Shown: one piece after another, positions 1 to 8,991 of the stretch
Position numbering within the stretch: position 1 is the first letter of the stretch
Layout of the letters: the number at the start of each line of letters is the position of its first letter
Source: an uncultured bacterium
GTDB lineage: Bacteria > Deinococcota > Deinococci > Deinococcales > Trueperaceae
Direction: 5' to 3'
Assembly (NCBI GenBank): GCA_964564405.1
Contig: CAZMCW010000004.1
Coordinates: 1 to 35,061 of the forward strand
DNA: 35,061 bases
Program-made: the position numbers and the translations under genes
The notes under the pieces: model-generated
The model's input: only the letters and a program-made list of their open reading frames with translations
What the model was told of the DNA's origin: nothing
Database searches by the model: none

Positions 1-60
1 GCGACCTAGGGGAGTAGAAATCGACCCACTCAGTGTGGGGGAACCAATTCTGGAACTGCT
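1..60 (+). repeat. Copy 1 of the ~100-nt dispersed structured repeat family, 5'-truncated by the window edge
   Basis: GCGACCTAGGGGAGTAGAAATCGACCCACTCAGTGTGGGGGAACCAATTCTGGAACTGCTA aligns almost base-for-base with the copies at 12994-13090(-), 19462-19558(+), 23108-23204(+), 31424-31523(+) and 33479-33578(-). Confidence 0.9.
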
Positions 61-115
61 ATGTACTAGCTCAGCTGCGCTTGGCATGCTGGTGTTAATT
101 GCTGCTACTAGCATC

Positions 116-140
116 TAACTAGTCAGAGATTGACTAGTTA
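116..140 (-). terminator. Perfect 10-bp hairpin immediately 3' of tRNA-Arg (possible terminator or processing hairpin; no U-tract)
   Basis: TAACTAGTCA-gagat-TGACTAGTTA. It lies 4 nt downstream of the tRNA 3' CCA on the minus strand. Confidence 0.35.
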
Positions 141-144
141 ATCT

Positions 145-221
145 TGGTGCGCCCGACAGGATTCGAACCTGTGACCTTTCGCTCCGGAGGCGAACACTCT
201 ATCCGGCTGAGCTACGGGCGC
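145..221 (-). tRNA. tRNA-Arg, anticodon CCG, with encoded CCA
   Basis: The reverse complement is GCGCCCGTAGCTCAGCCGGATAGAGTGTTCGCCTCCGGAGCGAAAGGTCACAGGTTCGAATCCTGTCGGGCGCACCA. It folds as a cloverleaf: 7-bp acceptor stem GCGCCCG/CGGGCGC, anticodon loop CTCCGGA, and a GGTTCGAATCC T-loop. Confidence 0.93.
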
Positions 222-303
222 ATGAATGCTGGATGACCAACCTGTAACTGCACATGTTGCAGTTAGCACTTTGAAAGTAGCACTGTCTTAGGAGGAAGTC
301 AAG

Positions 304-2847
304 TTGAAAGCTAGCAAACGTTCAAAAAAACGCCCACCAGCTAAGAAAAAAATGCGCCGCCGCAACGTGGTGGTGTTGTGGTTGGTGGCTATTGGTCTAC
401 TTGTCAGTATGGTGATTTCGTTTACACCTACAATGGGTAACTTTGGCAATCAACATGCGCTTAATGAGCCAGCATTTTTTGTCAATGGTGAACCCATTAT
501 GGAATTAGACGTTAACCGCTCGAGACAAGGCCAATTATTCACTATCACCGAAGGCGAAGTTGCTGAAGATGCTGAGCTACTTTTGCTAGCCCAGCTTATC
601 GACAACGAAGTGCTCCGTCAAGCAGCAGAGGACACGCGGGTAAGCCGTGGTGAGGTCAGTGAGGCCATCAGAGACTACCGCGAAGCACGGGGTGTTTTAG
701 GCGGTACCAACGATACTCAGTATTTACAACTCATTGCCAACCAAGGCTTTACAGACCAAGCGTTCCGTGACTTCCAGCGTGAGCAAATTCGCCAACGCAA
801 GTTTATTGACAGCTTGGTTGAAGATATTGAAGTTACCGATGACGAAGTACGTGACTTTTATGAAGCTAACAAGTTTAATTACTTAAGCGATCCTCAACTT
901 ATCGCCCGGCAAATTGTTGTTGACGACGAAGAACTTGCGAACACGTTGCTTGTCCGCATTGCCAGAGGTGAAGATTTTGAGACATTAGCAACAGAATATA
1001 GCCTCGAGCTTGCAGACGTTGCTGGTGCAATCAACGCAGATGATGACGGTAATCCTCAGCCCATTGGGCGCATTGGTCTGCCAACGTCGGTTGCAAGTGC
1101 AGCACTTGGGCTTGAGGGACGTGGTACCACGGATGTCATCTCTACTGGCGGTCAGTATTACATCGTCAGGGTAGAAGATTATCTAGCTCCTGACGTACAA
1201 GCTTTTGAAGACATTGAAACTGAACTACGAGAAGCAACGCTAGCTGCCAAAGAAACAGCACTTTTGCAAGACGCGCTCGAGCAACTTCGCAATGAAGCTG
1301 AACTCGAGTTCCCACCAGAAAGCGACTACGACTTTACCAACGAAGTTGTCGCTACCGTAGGTGACCGTGACATCTACGAACTTGACCTAGCCGAAGCAAC
1401 TTACCTCAATCAACAAGTCCAGCAGTTTTTAAGTCCCGATACCGCAGATACTGTTGCATCGTTTTTTAAACCAACCTTTTTAGAGCAACTTATTGAGCAA
1501 AATTTAGCATTGCACGGTGCCGAAACGCTAGATGCTAATTTTGTAGGTACCGACGCCCTTGTTGCTAGTAGCGCACTCAACTACATTGCCAGTGACATTG
1601 ACCTGACCGAAGCTGACCTAGAAGAGTATTACCAAACCAACCTAGCGCGTTTTACAATTCCGGCAAGCGCAACAGTTGTGCAACTGGATTTTGCAGATCA
1701 AGACGCTGCCCAGAATTTTAGAGCAACCATCTTAGACGAAAACTTGGACTTTAGTACGCTCGCTGAGCGCGCCCGCAATGAAGAACTTATTTACAACGAC
1801 TTAGGCAACGTGACCCCAGGGCAGCTTGAAAGCGAACTTGACCGCTACCTTTTTGGAACTGAAGCGTTTGAGCCCATTAACGATGAAAGCTTGCTCGAGG
1901 TTTCTGACGTTGTTGTCATTGAAACTGAGGTCGACGTGCCTGTTGTCAGCGATCCAGCAGATGACGGTTCAACGGACGGTTCAACGGACGACCTAGCACT
2001 TGGTGATGATGCAAGTGCAGTAGATACTGACAGTACCGGTGAGGATAGTGCTGAAGCAGATACTGAAACTGCAGAAGCAGACGCCCCAGCAGATAACGAT
2101 CTGGCAGATGACGATCTAACGGATGAAGCGGAGTCCGCAGATAGTGCTGAATCGGTAGCACCGGAAACAGAAACTATTACCGAGACAACTTACACATTAT
2201 TAGTTGCCATCCGTATGCCGGAACGCGTGCGCAGCTTAGATGACGTGCGTTCACAAGTAGAAGAAGCAGTTTTAGCAACACAACGCAGCGAATTGCAGCA
2301 AAACTGGCTCACCGCTTTGCGCGAAACCGTGCCAGTAGAAAACTTGATTGCTGAAGAACCAGCCACCATGACCCCTGCAACGCCCAGTGTCGAGTTTACT
2401 ACTGAACCTGTTGAAGAAACACCAGAAGCGACACCTGAAGAGGCGACACTTGAAGAAGTGACATCCGAAGAAGATGGTACGAGTGACGCTGAGCCTGACA
2501 CAGATGGTGAAATTAACGCCTCTGATGAAGCAACTGATCCAGCAGATATAACCGAAAATACACTTAACGAAGTATCTGACACATCTGAAGGCACAGCATC
2601 TGAAGGCACAAGTGATACTGCCACCTCCGAACCTATTGACACTGAGGTTGCTGAAGACACTGAAGACGGTGCAAATGATGAAGCCGAAGCTAGTGATGAA
2701 GCAGCTAGTGATGAAGCAGCTAGTGATGAAGCAGCTAGTGATGATGATATCTCTACTGACGACACATCACCTGATGAAAGTTCTAGTACAACTGGAGATG
2801 ACACTTCTTCAGAAGATACTGAACCTGACTCCGACGATAGTCCCTAG
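304..2847 (+). CDS. Membrane-anchored PpiD/SurA-like peptidyl-prolyl isomerase (parvulin-type) chaperone with a ~300-aa acidic low-complexity C-terminal region
   Basis: 847-aa ORF with a TTG start at 304, preceded by GGAGGA 7 nt upstream. It has a basic N-terminus plus a TM helix, and a parvulin-like segment (IARQIVVDDEELANTLLVRIARGEDFETLATEYS). The C-terminal third is rich in D, E, S and T. Confidence 0.8.
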   Translation: MKASKRSKKRPPAKKKMRRRNVVVLWLVAIGLLVSMVISFTPTMGNFGNQHALNEPAFFVNGEPIMELDVNRSRQGQLFTITEGEVAEDAELLLLAQLIDNEVLRQAAEDTRVSRGEVSEAIRDYREARGVLGGTNDTQYLQLIANQGFTDQAFRDFQREQIRQRKFIDSLVEDIEVTDDEVRDFYEANKFNYLSDPQLIARQIVVDDEELANTLLVRIARGEDFETLATEYSLELADVAGAINADDDGNPQPIGRIGLPTSVASAALGLEGRGTTDVISTGGQYYIVRVEDYLAPDVQAFEDIETELREATLAAKETALLQDALEQLRNEAELEFPPESDYDFTNEVVATVGDRDIYELDLAEATYLNQQVQQFLSPDTADTVASFFKPTFLEQLIEQNLALHGAETLDANFVGTDALVASSALNYIASDIDLTEADLEEYYQTNLARFTIPASATVVQLDFADQDAAQNFRATILDENLDFSTLAERARNEELIYNDLGNVTPGQLESELDRYLFGTEAFEPINDESLLEVSDVVVIETEVDVPVVSDPADDGSTDGSTDDLALGDDASAVDTDSTGEDSAEADTETAEADAPADNDLADDDLTDEAESADSAESVAPETETITETTYTLLVAIRMPERVRSLDDVRSQVEEAVLATQRSELQQNWLTALRETVPVENLIAEEPATMTPATPSVEFTTEPVEETPEATPEEATLEEVTSEEDGTSDAEPDTDGEINASDEATDPADITENTLNEVSDTSEGTASEGTSDTATSEPIDTEVAEDTEDGANDEAEASDEAASDEAASDEAASDDDISTDDTSPDESSSTTGDDTSSEDTEPDSDDSP
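2686..2745 (+). repeat. In-frame 15-bp tandem repeat, 4 units, encoding (A)SDEA within the acidic tail
   Basis: gaagctagtgatgaa, then gcagctagtgatgaa twice, then gcagctagtgatgat. A 12-bp duplication (ggttcaacggac x2) is also present near 1966-1989. Confidence 0.9.
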
Positions 2848-2891
2848 TTAAACGCTGCAGGTCATCAGTTAGTAAGGGGTTAAAGCAATTC

Positions 2892-2928
2892 AAAAGTGCC
2901 TCGAGTATCACCTTGAGGCACTTTTTTA
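2892..2928. terminator. Bidirectional rho-independent terminator between convergent genes
   Basis: aaaaGTGCCTCgag-tatcac-cttGAGGCACtttttt, with an A-run and a T-run flanking the stem. The stem contains a CTCGAG site. Confidence 0.75.
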
Positions 2929-3699
2929 TTCATCATGCAAGTGACTTGCTTTATCAACATCTGCAGCTAGAGATGGATACGAACTTACCTGCACATGTGC
3001 AGGTAGGTCCAAAAGGTAACTTGCCCTTGCTTCTAGACTGACAAGTGAGAGCTTACCCAGTAAATAGCGAACAACTGCATCAACACCCGTAAGTTGCGCC
3101 AAAAACAGTGGGTTTTTGCGGTGTCTGTATGCGCGTTCAACAAATGGCATCACACGTGGTAGGGCAGCTTTGCTAAACACAAACGCGTTGCCACCGGTGA
3201 CCTCGGCGTCTTGTAACCGAGCGTATGTACGTACCTGCTTAGGAAAATGTGCTTGCATGGTCGTTTTAGGGATAACTGGGTAGGTTGCCGCAAAACCGCT
3301 AGCAGCCGTAAGTAGATCATCAATGGCAGCTGTGCTGAGCCAAGGTAAGTCAGCGGCAACAGCTAAAATACGACTTGTATCAAGCGCAACATGCTGTAAC
3401 CCTGCTTGTAAGCTGTCTAAGAGGCGTTGACCAGCTGGTACGCACTTGTGAACCTGCGGTTCGAGGTTAGCCGTAAGCGTACCTACATAAATAATTTGAC
3501 TAATCTGAGGACAACCAACAAGTGCATCTAAAACATAACTCACAATAGGCTTACCATGGTAATCAAGGAGCGCTTTACTGGCAACATGCGCAGGTAGCTC
3601 GAGCGCATCTTTATCTTTGACACTACCGCGCTTACGTGCCTCGCGTTTACCTATATCGTGCCCACCGAGGACAATGGCTGTTACTTGATCAGATGTCAC
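2926..3699 (-). CDS. MobA-like NTP-transferase (GT-A fold nucleotidyltransferase) family protein
   Basis: 257-aa ORF. The N-terminal AIVLGG...KALL...GKP and the later AADLPW resemble the NTP_transf_3 / MobA-like signature. The assignment rests on remembered motifs only. Confidence 0.55.
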   Translation of the reverse strand: MTSDQVTAIVLGGHDIGKREARKRGSVKDKDALELPAHVASKALLDYHGKPIVSYVLDALVGCPQISQIIYVGTLTANLEPQVHKCVPAGQRLLDSLQAGLQHVALDTSRILAVAADLPWLSTAAIDDLLTAASGFAATYPVIPKTTMQAHFPKQVRTYARLQDAEVTGGNAFVFSKAALPRVMPFVERAYRHRKNPLFLAQLTGVDAVVRYLLGKLSLVSLEARASYLLDLPAHVQVSSYPSLAADVDKASHLHDE

Positions 3700-4034
3700 A
3701 CTGTGCGGTTATACCATACTGTGCAGTTGTACTACGAGGCGCTAGCTGATGCGAATTTCGGTCAAACACGTCGTAAACTCTAGTCTGCTTGTTCCTTTGG
3801 AAGCGCAATCCGTATCTTTTTCTATCCACGAGTTACCTCACCTAATTCCGATTAAATGTTTCGCACTCCCCTATGGGCTTCACTTCATTCCCATCAAAAC
3901 TGACAGCCATCTTTACCTTTCCCAGATAAATTAATTCTTTATGTGTGATATTAATCAAAAAAAGTATTATTGATACTCGAGTTAACTCTTTCAGGAGTCA
4001 ACTAAAAACGGTAAGATGAGCACTTTTGCAGTAC

Positions 4035-4083
4035 CTAGCAAAGCGATATTACTTCCTGTAGCAGTTACGCGTGGAAACGCTAT
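4035..4083 (-). repeat. Solo or decayed fragment (5' end) of the dispersed repeat family
   Basis: Plus strand cctgtagcagttacgcgtggaaacgcta matches copy 6 (cctgtagcagttactcgtggaaacgcta) at 27 of 28 positions. Similarity decays beyond that, and the second hairpin is missing. Confidence 0.7.
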
Positions 4084-4202
4084 ATCTAGCAGGGCAAAAT
4101 TACTTAGATCATCATCAAAAACGAGGACGCAGTTACGCGCCCTCGAGACAAACTTATTAATTGTACAAGTTAAGCTTAGCAGTCTAAGCAGTGGTTCATA
4201 AC

Positions 4203-5462
4203 CTAACGGCGTACCAGATCAATGCTAAGTTCAGTCGTTCGCCCACCACGAATAATAAAGTCGGTGAGGAAGGTATTGTACCCGTCTGCAACGACGGTTA
4301 ACTGGTGGGTACCAGACGGTAAATCGTCAACACTACCGCGCCCGGTTTGCAAGTTACCATACGACGTACCGTTGATAAATACCCGCGCGCCACGCACGTT
4401 GGTGTCGATGACCAAGTCACCTTGTAAGCTAGCTAAGCTGGTGTTGACAGTTTGAGCGCGCCCACCTACTACAGAAAAACTTACATCTGTTTCTTGGAAA
4501 CCAGCCAGACGGTACTGCGCTTGATAGTTGCCTTCATCTAGCGCCACGTCACCAGTAGGCGTAACGCCAATTCGTTGACCGTCTACAAAGACCTCAGCAC
4601 CACTTGGTGAGCTTGTAAAACTAACTGTACCCGTACGGCGAATGGCATTGAGTCCGGTAGAAATGGTGACCGTACCCCCACCAGCTAAATCTACAACGCG
4701 GCGAAAGGACTCAAATCCACTTGCTTCAATGACAACTTCGCGGGTGCCCGCGCGCGCGCCGTAGCTTACAGGTGTGGTACCTACAAAACGCCCATCTACA
4801 AAGACATCTGCACCTTGCGGGCTCGAGTCAACCCGAATCGTCCCAAAAGTTGGCGTTGCCGGAATGCTACCTACATAAAACAGCGCTGTATCTGTGACCC
4901 AGTTTTCAGGTGCAATAGGTTCAATAACAATAGACAACTGGCGGGTAAAGTCGTCACCAGAATAAGTTCTCGAGGCAAAGTTAGGATCAGCTTCAAAACT
5001 TACGAGTTCGCGAGTGCTGAGTGGATTGCGGCTAGCAACTGCAATCACTTTATCTAGACCCAATGGGCGGTCAACCGTAAAACGGTAGTTAGCGTTGCTC
5101 GGCGGGAAAGTTTTGGTTTCACCAGCACGTAAAAAGTTGCTGCGTCCAAAATCATCAAGTTCATTGGGCAAAATTTGAGTCACTTCGCCGTTACTGCGCA
5201 CGTTAAATAAGTAAACATAACTATCTTGTGTCACGCTGACACTGATCGTAATGGCTTCACCAGGTTGGTAACTAGGTGTTGCTTGACCTGAAGGGTCTTT
5301 GTTAACTGAGACATCAACCTCAAAACTGGGGGCGGGGTTAACAATAATGGACCGGGGGCTAACCACAATGCTACGACTTTGTGCCAACGCACTCGAAAAG
5401 ACACTTGCAACGAGTGTGAGTAGCACAAGCATGGCGAGCCGTTTTGTAAAGATGGTATTCAC
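4203..5462 (-). CDS. Secreted PEGA-domain protein (N-terminal DUF4384-like region plus 3 PEGA repeats)
   Basis: 419-aa ORF with a signal peptide (LLTLVASVFSSALA). PEGA-like repeats: ADVFVDGRFVGTTP, AEVFVDGQRIGVTP, ARVFINGTSYGN. Confidence 0.8.
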   Translation of the reverse strand: MNTIFTKRLAMLVLLTLVASVFSSALAQSRSIVVSPRSIIVNPAPSFEVDVSVNKDPSGQATPSYQPGEAITISVSVTQDSYVYLFNVRSNGEVTQILPNELDDFGRSNFLRAGETKTFPPSNANYRFTVDRPLGLDKVIAVASRNPLSTRELVSFEADPNFASRTYSGDDFTRQLSIVIEPIAPENWVTDTALFYVGSIPATPTFGTIRVDSSPQGADVFVDGRFVGTTPVSYGARAGTREVVIEASGFESFRRVVDLAGGGTVTISTGLNAIRRTGTVSFTSSPSGAEVFVDGQRIGVTPTGDVALDEGNYQAQYRLAGFQETDVSFSVVGGRAQTVNTSLASLQGDLVIDTNVRGARVFINGTSYGNLQTGRGSVDDLPSGTHQLTVVADGYNTFLTDFIIRGGRTTELSIDLVRR

Positions 5463-5663
5463 GACTTGTCCTCCTAAAATTTAGCTTTCATGATGCTACC
5501 ATGAGCACCTGCGGGTCGCGTGAAGTTGTTGTAAAGGTGCGTTCACATGCGCGTTTACAGGACACACTCAAAGTTCATCAGATGGCCATAATGAGTCAAC
5601 TGAGCAGGTTGGCGTTACACCTCACGCTGCTTTTAAACAAGGATTTGCTAACATACACACACA

Positions 5664-6488
5664 ATGACTCACTTACTTACCCCTGTTTTTATAAAACGCA
5701 CTGCAACTTTTGGCGCTAGGCTACTTAATATTGCACTACTGTATTTACTGACGTCTAGCCTGTTGACACTTGCCATAGCGCAAAACCTGTCCGCAGACGA
5801 GGTACTACAAGAGCTCGAGACCGCTGCCAGTACAACCGTAGACAGTCAGTTTTTACTCACCGGCGACATTCAAGATGCTGATGGCACCAGCTATGCGCTC
5901 GAGATTGACGTACAACTTATTACTGATGAGCAACTTGCCTATGTTTACATCATTCAACCAGATGCTATTGCAGATAACTTTATCATTATCGATGACGACG
6001 TTGTCTACAACTATCAGTACCTTACCAATCAGGTGATTATCCTTAGTGCTAACGATCCTGATGCTCTAGGTGGGCTATTACCTAGTGACGCTAACGTTGG
6101 TGATGAAGTTGCCAACGCCGAACGCGACATCGATATTCGCCTCGATTTGAACATGCTTTTTGAAGGTTGGCAACCTGCTATGGAGGGTTACACAGAGACA
6201 GCAGAGGGCAGTGCCTATATTGTCCGCTTTGACAATGTGGCAATGCAAGACAACGTCATCATTGACTACGTGCGCGCGCAAATCCTTGACGGTAGCCTAG
6301 CTGGACAAATGTGGGCACCTTATCAACTGGAATTTTTCAGTATGGTTGATGGTGTTGACGTTCCTGAAGATGATACTAGTGACCCTGTGGCTACACTCAT
6401 CTTTACCGGCTTTGAAACTAACGTGGGCTTAAACCCAGACGACCTGCGTTATTTACCGCCGGATGCTGAACTTATTGACGAACGCTAG
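5664..6488 (+). CDS. Secreted acidic hypothetical protein (possibly a LolA-like fold)
   Basis: 274-aa ORF with an N-terminal signal-like segment ending AIAQ. Function is not recognisable from sequence alone. Confidence 0.65.
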   Translation: MTHLLTPVFIKRTATFGARLLNIALLYLLTSSLLTLAIAQNLSADEVLQELETAASTTVDSQFLLTGDIQDADGTSYALEIDVQLITDEQLAYVYIIQPDAIADNFIIIDDDVVYNYQYLTNQVIILSANDPDALGGLLPSDANVGDEVANAERDIDIRLDLNMLFEGWQPAMEGYTETAEGSAYIVRFDNVAMQDNVIIDYVRAQILDGSLAGQMWAPYQLEFFSMVDGVDVPEDDTSDPVATLIFTGFETNVGLNPDDLRYLPPDAELIDER

Positions 6489-6604
6489 CCACAAACCTGT
6501 ACAATAGAGTCCTCAAGCTATTATTATGCTTAGCGTTTTGTAGACCAACACAAAATTAGTTATGGTCACAGCTAATGCCGGCGTGACCAAGAAATGGACC
6601 CGTC

Positions 6605-6979
6605 TTGGCAAAAGATCAACCACACCTATCAGATGACTTACCAATTGAGGTTACGGGCAGTAATACTGTGCAAGACGAAATCCAACACGTGGTTATGGCC
6701 CTAGCTGAGCCACTAGGCTTAACCGTGCAGTTTGCCACAGGCAAGCGCCGTAGCGACGTATTTACCATGCAGTTGCGCGGCGACCGTCAGCGGGCTATGG
6801 CGTTTTATGAGCACGTGAACAGGGTTCTGCCGCATTTGTCAGTTGAGCTATTTAACATAGATGACCCTGAACACTTTGGCATGATTGCTGCGGTGACGAA
6901 TCCGAACGTGCCAAGCTCGAGCATTCACAACGAGCGCCGCAAACGCAACCTGCATAGTTACGTGGCTAAGCGTGATTAG
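6605..6979 (+). CDS. Hypothetical protein
   Basis: 124-aa ORF with a TTG start. It has no recognisable motif. Its stop overlaps the stop of the convergent OsmC gene. Confidence 0.45.
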   Translation: MAKDQPHLSDDLPIEVTGSNTVQDEIQHVVMALAEPLGLTVQFATGKRRSDVFTMQLRGDRQRAMAFYEHVNRVLPHLSVELFNIDDPEHFGMIAAVTNPNVPSSSIHNERRKRNLHSYVAKRD

Positions 6980-7410
6980 GCCGGTGTTTCGGTACTTTCC
7001 AAAACAACCTCAAAACTAATGTCCGACTTGAGGCTCGAGGCTACCGAGCAGTACTTCGTCATACCTAGTTCGACAAAACGCTCAGCTGTTTTTTGGTCTA
7101 GACCAGGTACATTAAAAATGTGCTTAGCATGAATGTGGGTATAGTAACGAGGAATGGTATCTGCCCGCTCACCAGTTAGTTCAATACGATACGCATGAAG
7201 CTCGAGGCGGCGTTTTTTCACCATTTCAGCAATGTCAAACGCAGCACAACCGCCTACCGCGTTGAGCAGTAAGTCCATTGGACTCATGCCTGTTTTGGCC
7301 GTACTTGCGCCATCGATCATGACGCGCTGCTGGTCGGGGGTAATGCCGACGTAGCGTTTCTCGGCAATTTGCGTGACGGTTGTTTGTTTAGGGAGTGTTG
7401 TATCAGCCAT
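6976..7410 (-). CDS. OsmC/Ohr family peroxiredoxin-like protein
   Basis: 144 aa. LLNAVGGCAAFD and KYCSVASSL contain the two conserved Cys contexts typical of the OsmC family. Confidence 0.8.
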   Translation of the reverse strand: MADTTLPKQTTVTQIAEKRYVGITPDQQRVMIDGASTAKTGMSPMDLLLNAVGGCAAFDIAEMVKKRRLELHAYRIELTGERADTIPRYYTHIHAKHIFNVPGLDQKTAERFVELGMTKYCSVASSLKSDISFEVVLESTETPA

Positions 7411-7442
7411 GCCCTTACGCTATGACGTCTTGAGGTAAGCGT

Positions 7443-8051
7443 ATGTCAACAGGGAAACAGCCCGATGCAGATGTTATCAGGCAAAAGCATATTCAGGTCA
7501 CTAAACGCGCGTGGCGGCGTTGGGCAAAACAAACACGTCAGAAGTTACCTTTGGTAGAGCGCAGTGCTGCTGTATGTGACATGCTAGTGGGCTCGATCCT
7601 TATTCACGAGGCAACGCACATTCTAGCGTATTTGCCCACAACTCTCGAACTAGATATCACACCTTTACTTAGAGGCTTGCAACAACAAAGCAAGTATATT
7701 TACGTGACGCGAACCTGGACTGAGCACCGTCAACTCAGTGTGCATGAATTAGATATGACTAGGCTCGAGTGGCATCCCTTTGGCTACCTACAACCGCCAG
7801 TGAGTGCAGCCGTTGTTGACCCTAGAACTATCGACCTCATGTTATTACCAGGACTATGCTTTGACGTGTTAGGTGGGCGCTTAGGTTACGGTATGGGTCA
7901 CATCGATAGACTCCTAGCAACTAACCTACCCGCGTGCAAAGTTGGCGTGGTCGCGCGTGAGTTAGTTGTCCAGCGGCTTCCCCAAGAAACAACGGACGTC
8001 CGTATGGACGCCCTAGTAACAGACCAAAAGATAGTTATAACTAAAAATTAA
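7443..8051 (+). CDS. 5-formyltetrahydrofolate cyclo-ligase
   Basis: 202 aa. LLPGLCFDVLGGRLGYGMGHIDRLL matches the C-terminal G-x-G-x-G-x-x-D-R signature of the MTHFS family. Confidence 0.75.
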   Translation: MSTGKQPDADVIRQKHIQVTKRAWRRWAKQTRQKLPLVERSAAVCDMLVGSILIHEATHILAYLPTTLELDITPLLRGLQQQSKYIYVTRTWTEHRQLSVHELDMTRLEWHPFGYLQPPVSAAVVDPRTIDLMLLPGLCFDVLGGRLGYGMGHIDRLLATNLPACKVGVVARELVVQRLPQETTDVRMDALVTDQKIVITKN

Positions 8052-8665
8052 TTTTCCGGCTTAATAGCCAAACGGCGATCTGCGCCCTCACCTGTTGATT
8101 CGCTGTAAACACCAGGTTCATTGGCAATAGCCATGTGCACAACCCGCCGTTCAGCTGCAGACATAGGGTCAAGTTCAACTGCCATGTTGGTGCGGCGTAC
8201 TTTGCTTGCAAGCTTTTTAGCGATGTTGCGCAGTTTGTCGTCGCGGCGTCGCTTGTAACCACCCACGTCGATGTTAACATGAACGCGCTCACGGTTGTCG
8301 CGGTTAATAACCGTGTTGGTGATGTACTCGAGCGCTGCTAGCGTACGCCCGCCACGCCCGATAATTTTGCCAGCGCTACCCCCTTGAATGTCTACATAAA
8401 CTTCATCTTCATAAACAGCACCCATTTCAACGGCAAACGCTGGGTCGATGTTCAAAAGTACATTGACCAAAAAAGATTCACAGCGTTCAGCCATAGTACC
8501 ACCTGTAGACACAAGCGGTTGCGCTAGACCAGCAGTCATTGTGTCACTGTCAACTGAGTTATCCTCAGTGAGTGTCTCATGATCTCGAGGGGGCTCAAAG
8601 GACTCATCTTGGTCATCCATATTGATGCCGATGCCCTCGAGGTATTGATCTAAATCACTTGCCAT
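8048..8665 (-). CDS. jag: Jag/KhpB RNA-binding protein (KH plus R3H domains)
   Basis: 205 aa with a KH-like GKIIGRGGRTLAALEYI and an R3H-like LDPMSAAERRVVHMAI. It lies downstream of yidC, as in the canonical rpmH-rnpA-yidC-jag cluster. Confidence 0.85.
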   Translation of the reverse strand: MASDLDQYLEGIGINMDDQDESFEPPRDHETLTEDNSVDSDTMTAGLAQPLVSTGGTMAERCESFLVNVLLNIDPAFAVEMGAVYEDEVYVDIQGGSAGKIIGRGGRTLAALEYITNTVINRDNRERVHVNIDVGGYKRRRDDKLRNIAKKLASKVRRTNMAVELDPMSAAERRVVHMAIANEPGVYSESTGEGADRRLAIKPEN

Positions 8666-8991
8666 AGTTTATTATAGCCCTTCAACTTACAAATTCCCGT
8701 ATGTGTCCCCGCTGTGTCCCCGCTGTGTCCTTGTACGTGTCTATATGTGTACAAATGTCGTTGTTCTAAATTAGATGTACGGTCGATCACCGATGACAGC
8801 GCTAGATAAGCCACAATCGTCAGTTTTATTCTAACTTTTTAAGCTACTGCTAATGATCGTAACCCAAAAAAAGATATCTACCAAAAAGATATCGAGACAT
8901 GTCGTAATGCCTCGATGAACCGTACAAACGTATTGATGTTACTAGCTACTGCTCAAGCTTTGCTTTGAACACGCTTGGTGATCATAAAAAG

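Noticed and set aside
2190-2804. A 204-aa minus-strand ORF (plus smaller ones at 1946-2161 and 2612-2851) overlapping the acidic tail of the PpiD-like gene.
   Set aside because: It is an antisense shadow of a GA/GAT/GAA-rich low-complexity coding region. The Ser/Val-rich product has no start context.
3749-4201. Two 61-aa plus-strand ORFs in the 500-bp spacer.
   Set aside because: They have no SD and a low-complexity, odd composition. The second one overlaps the repeat-family fragment. The evidence is insufficient to call genes.
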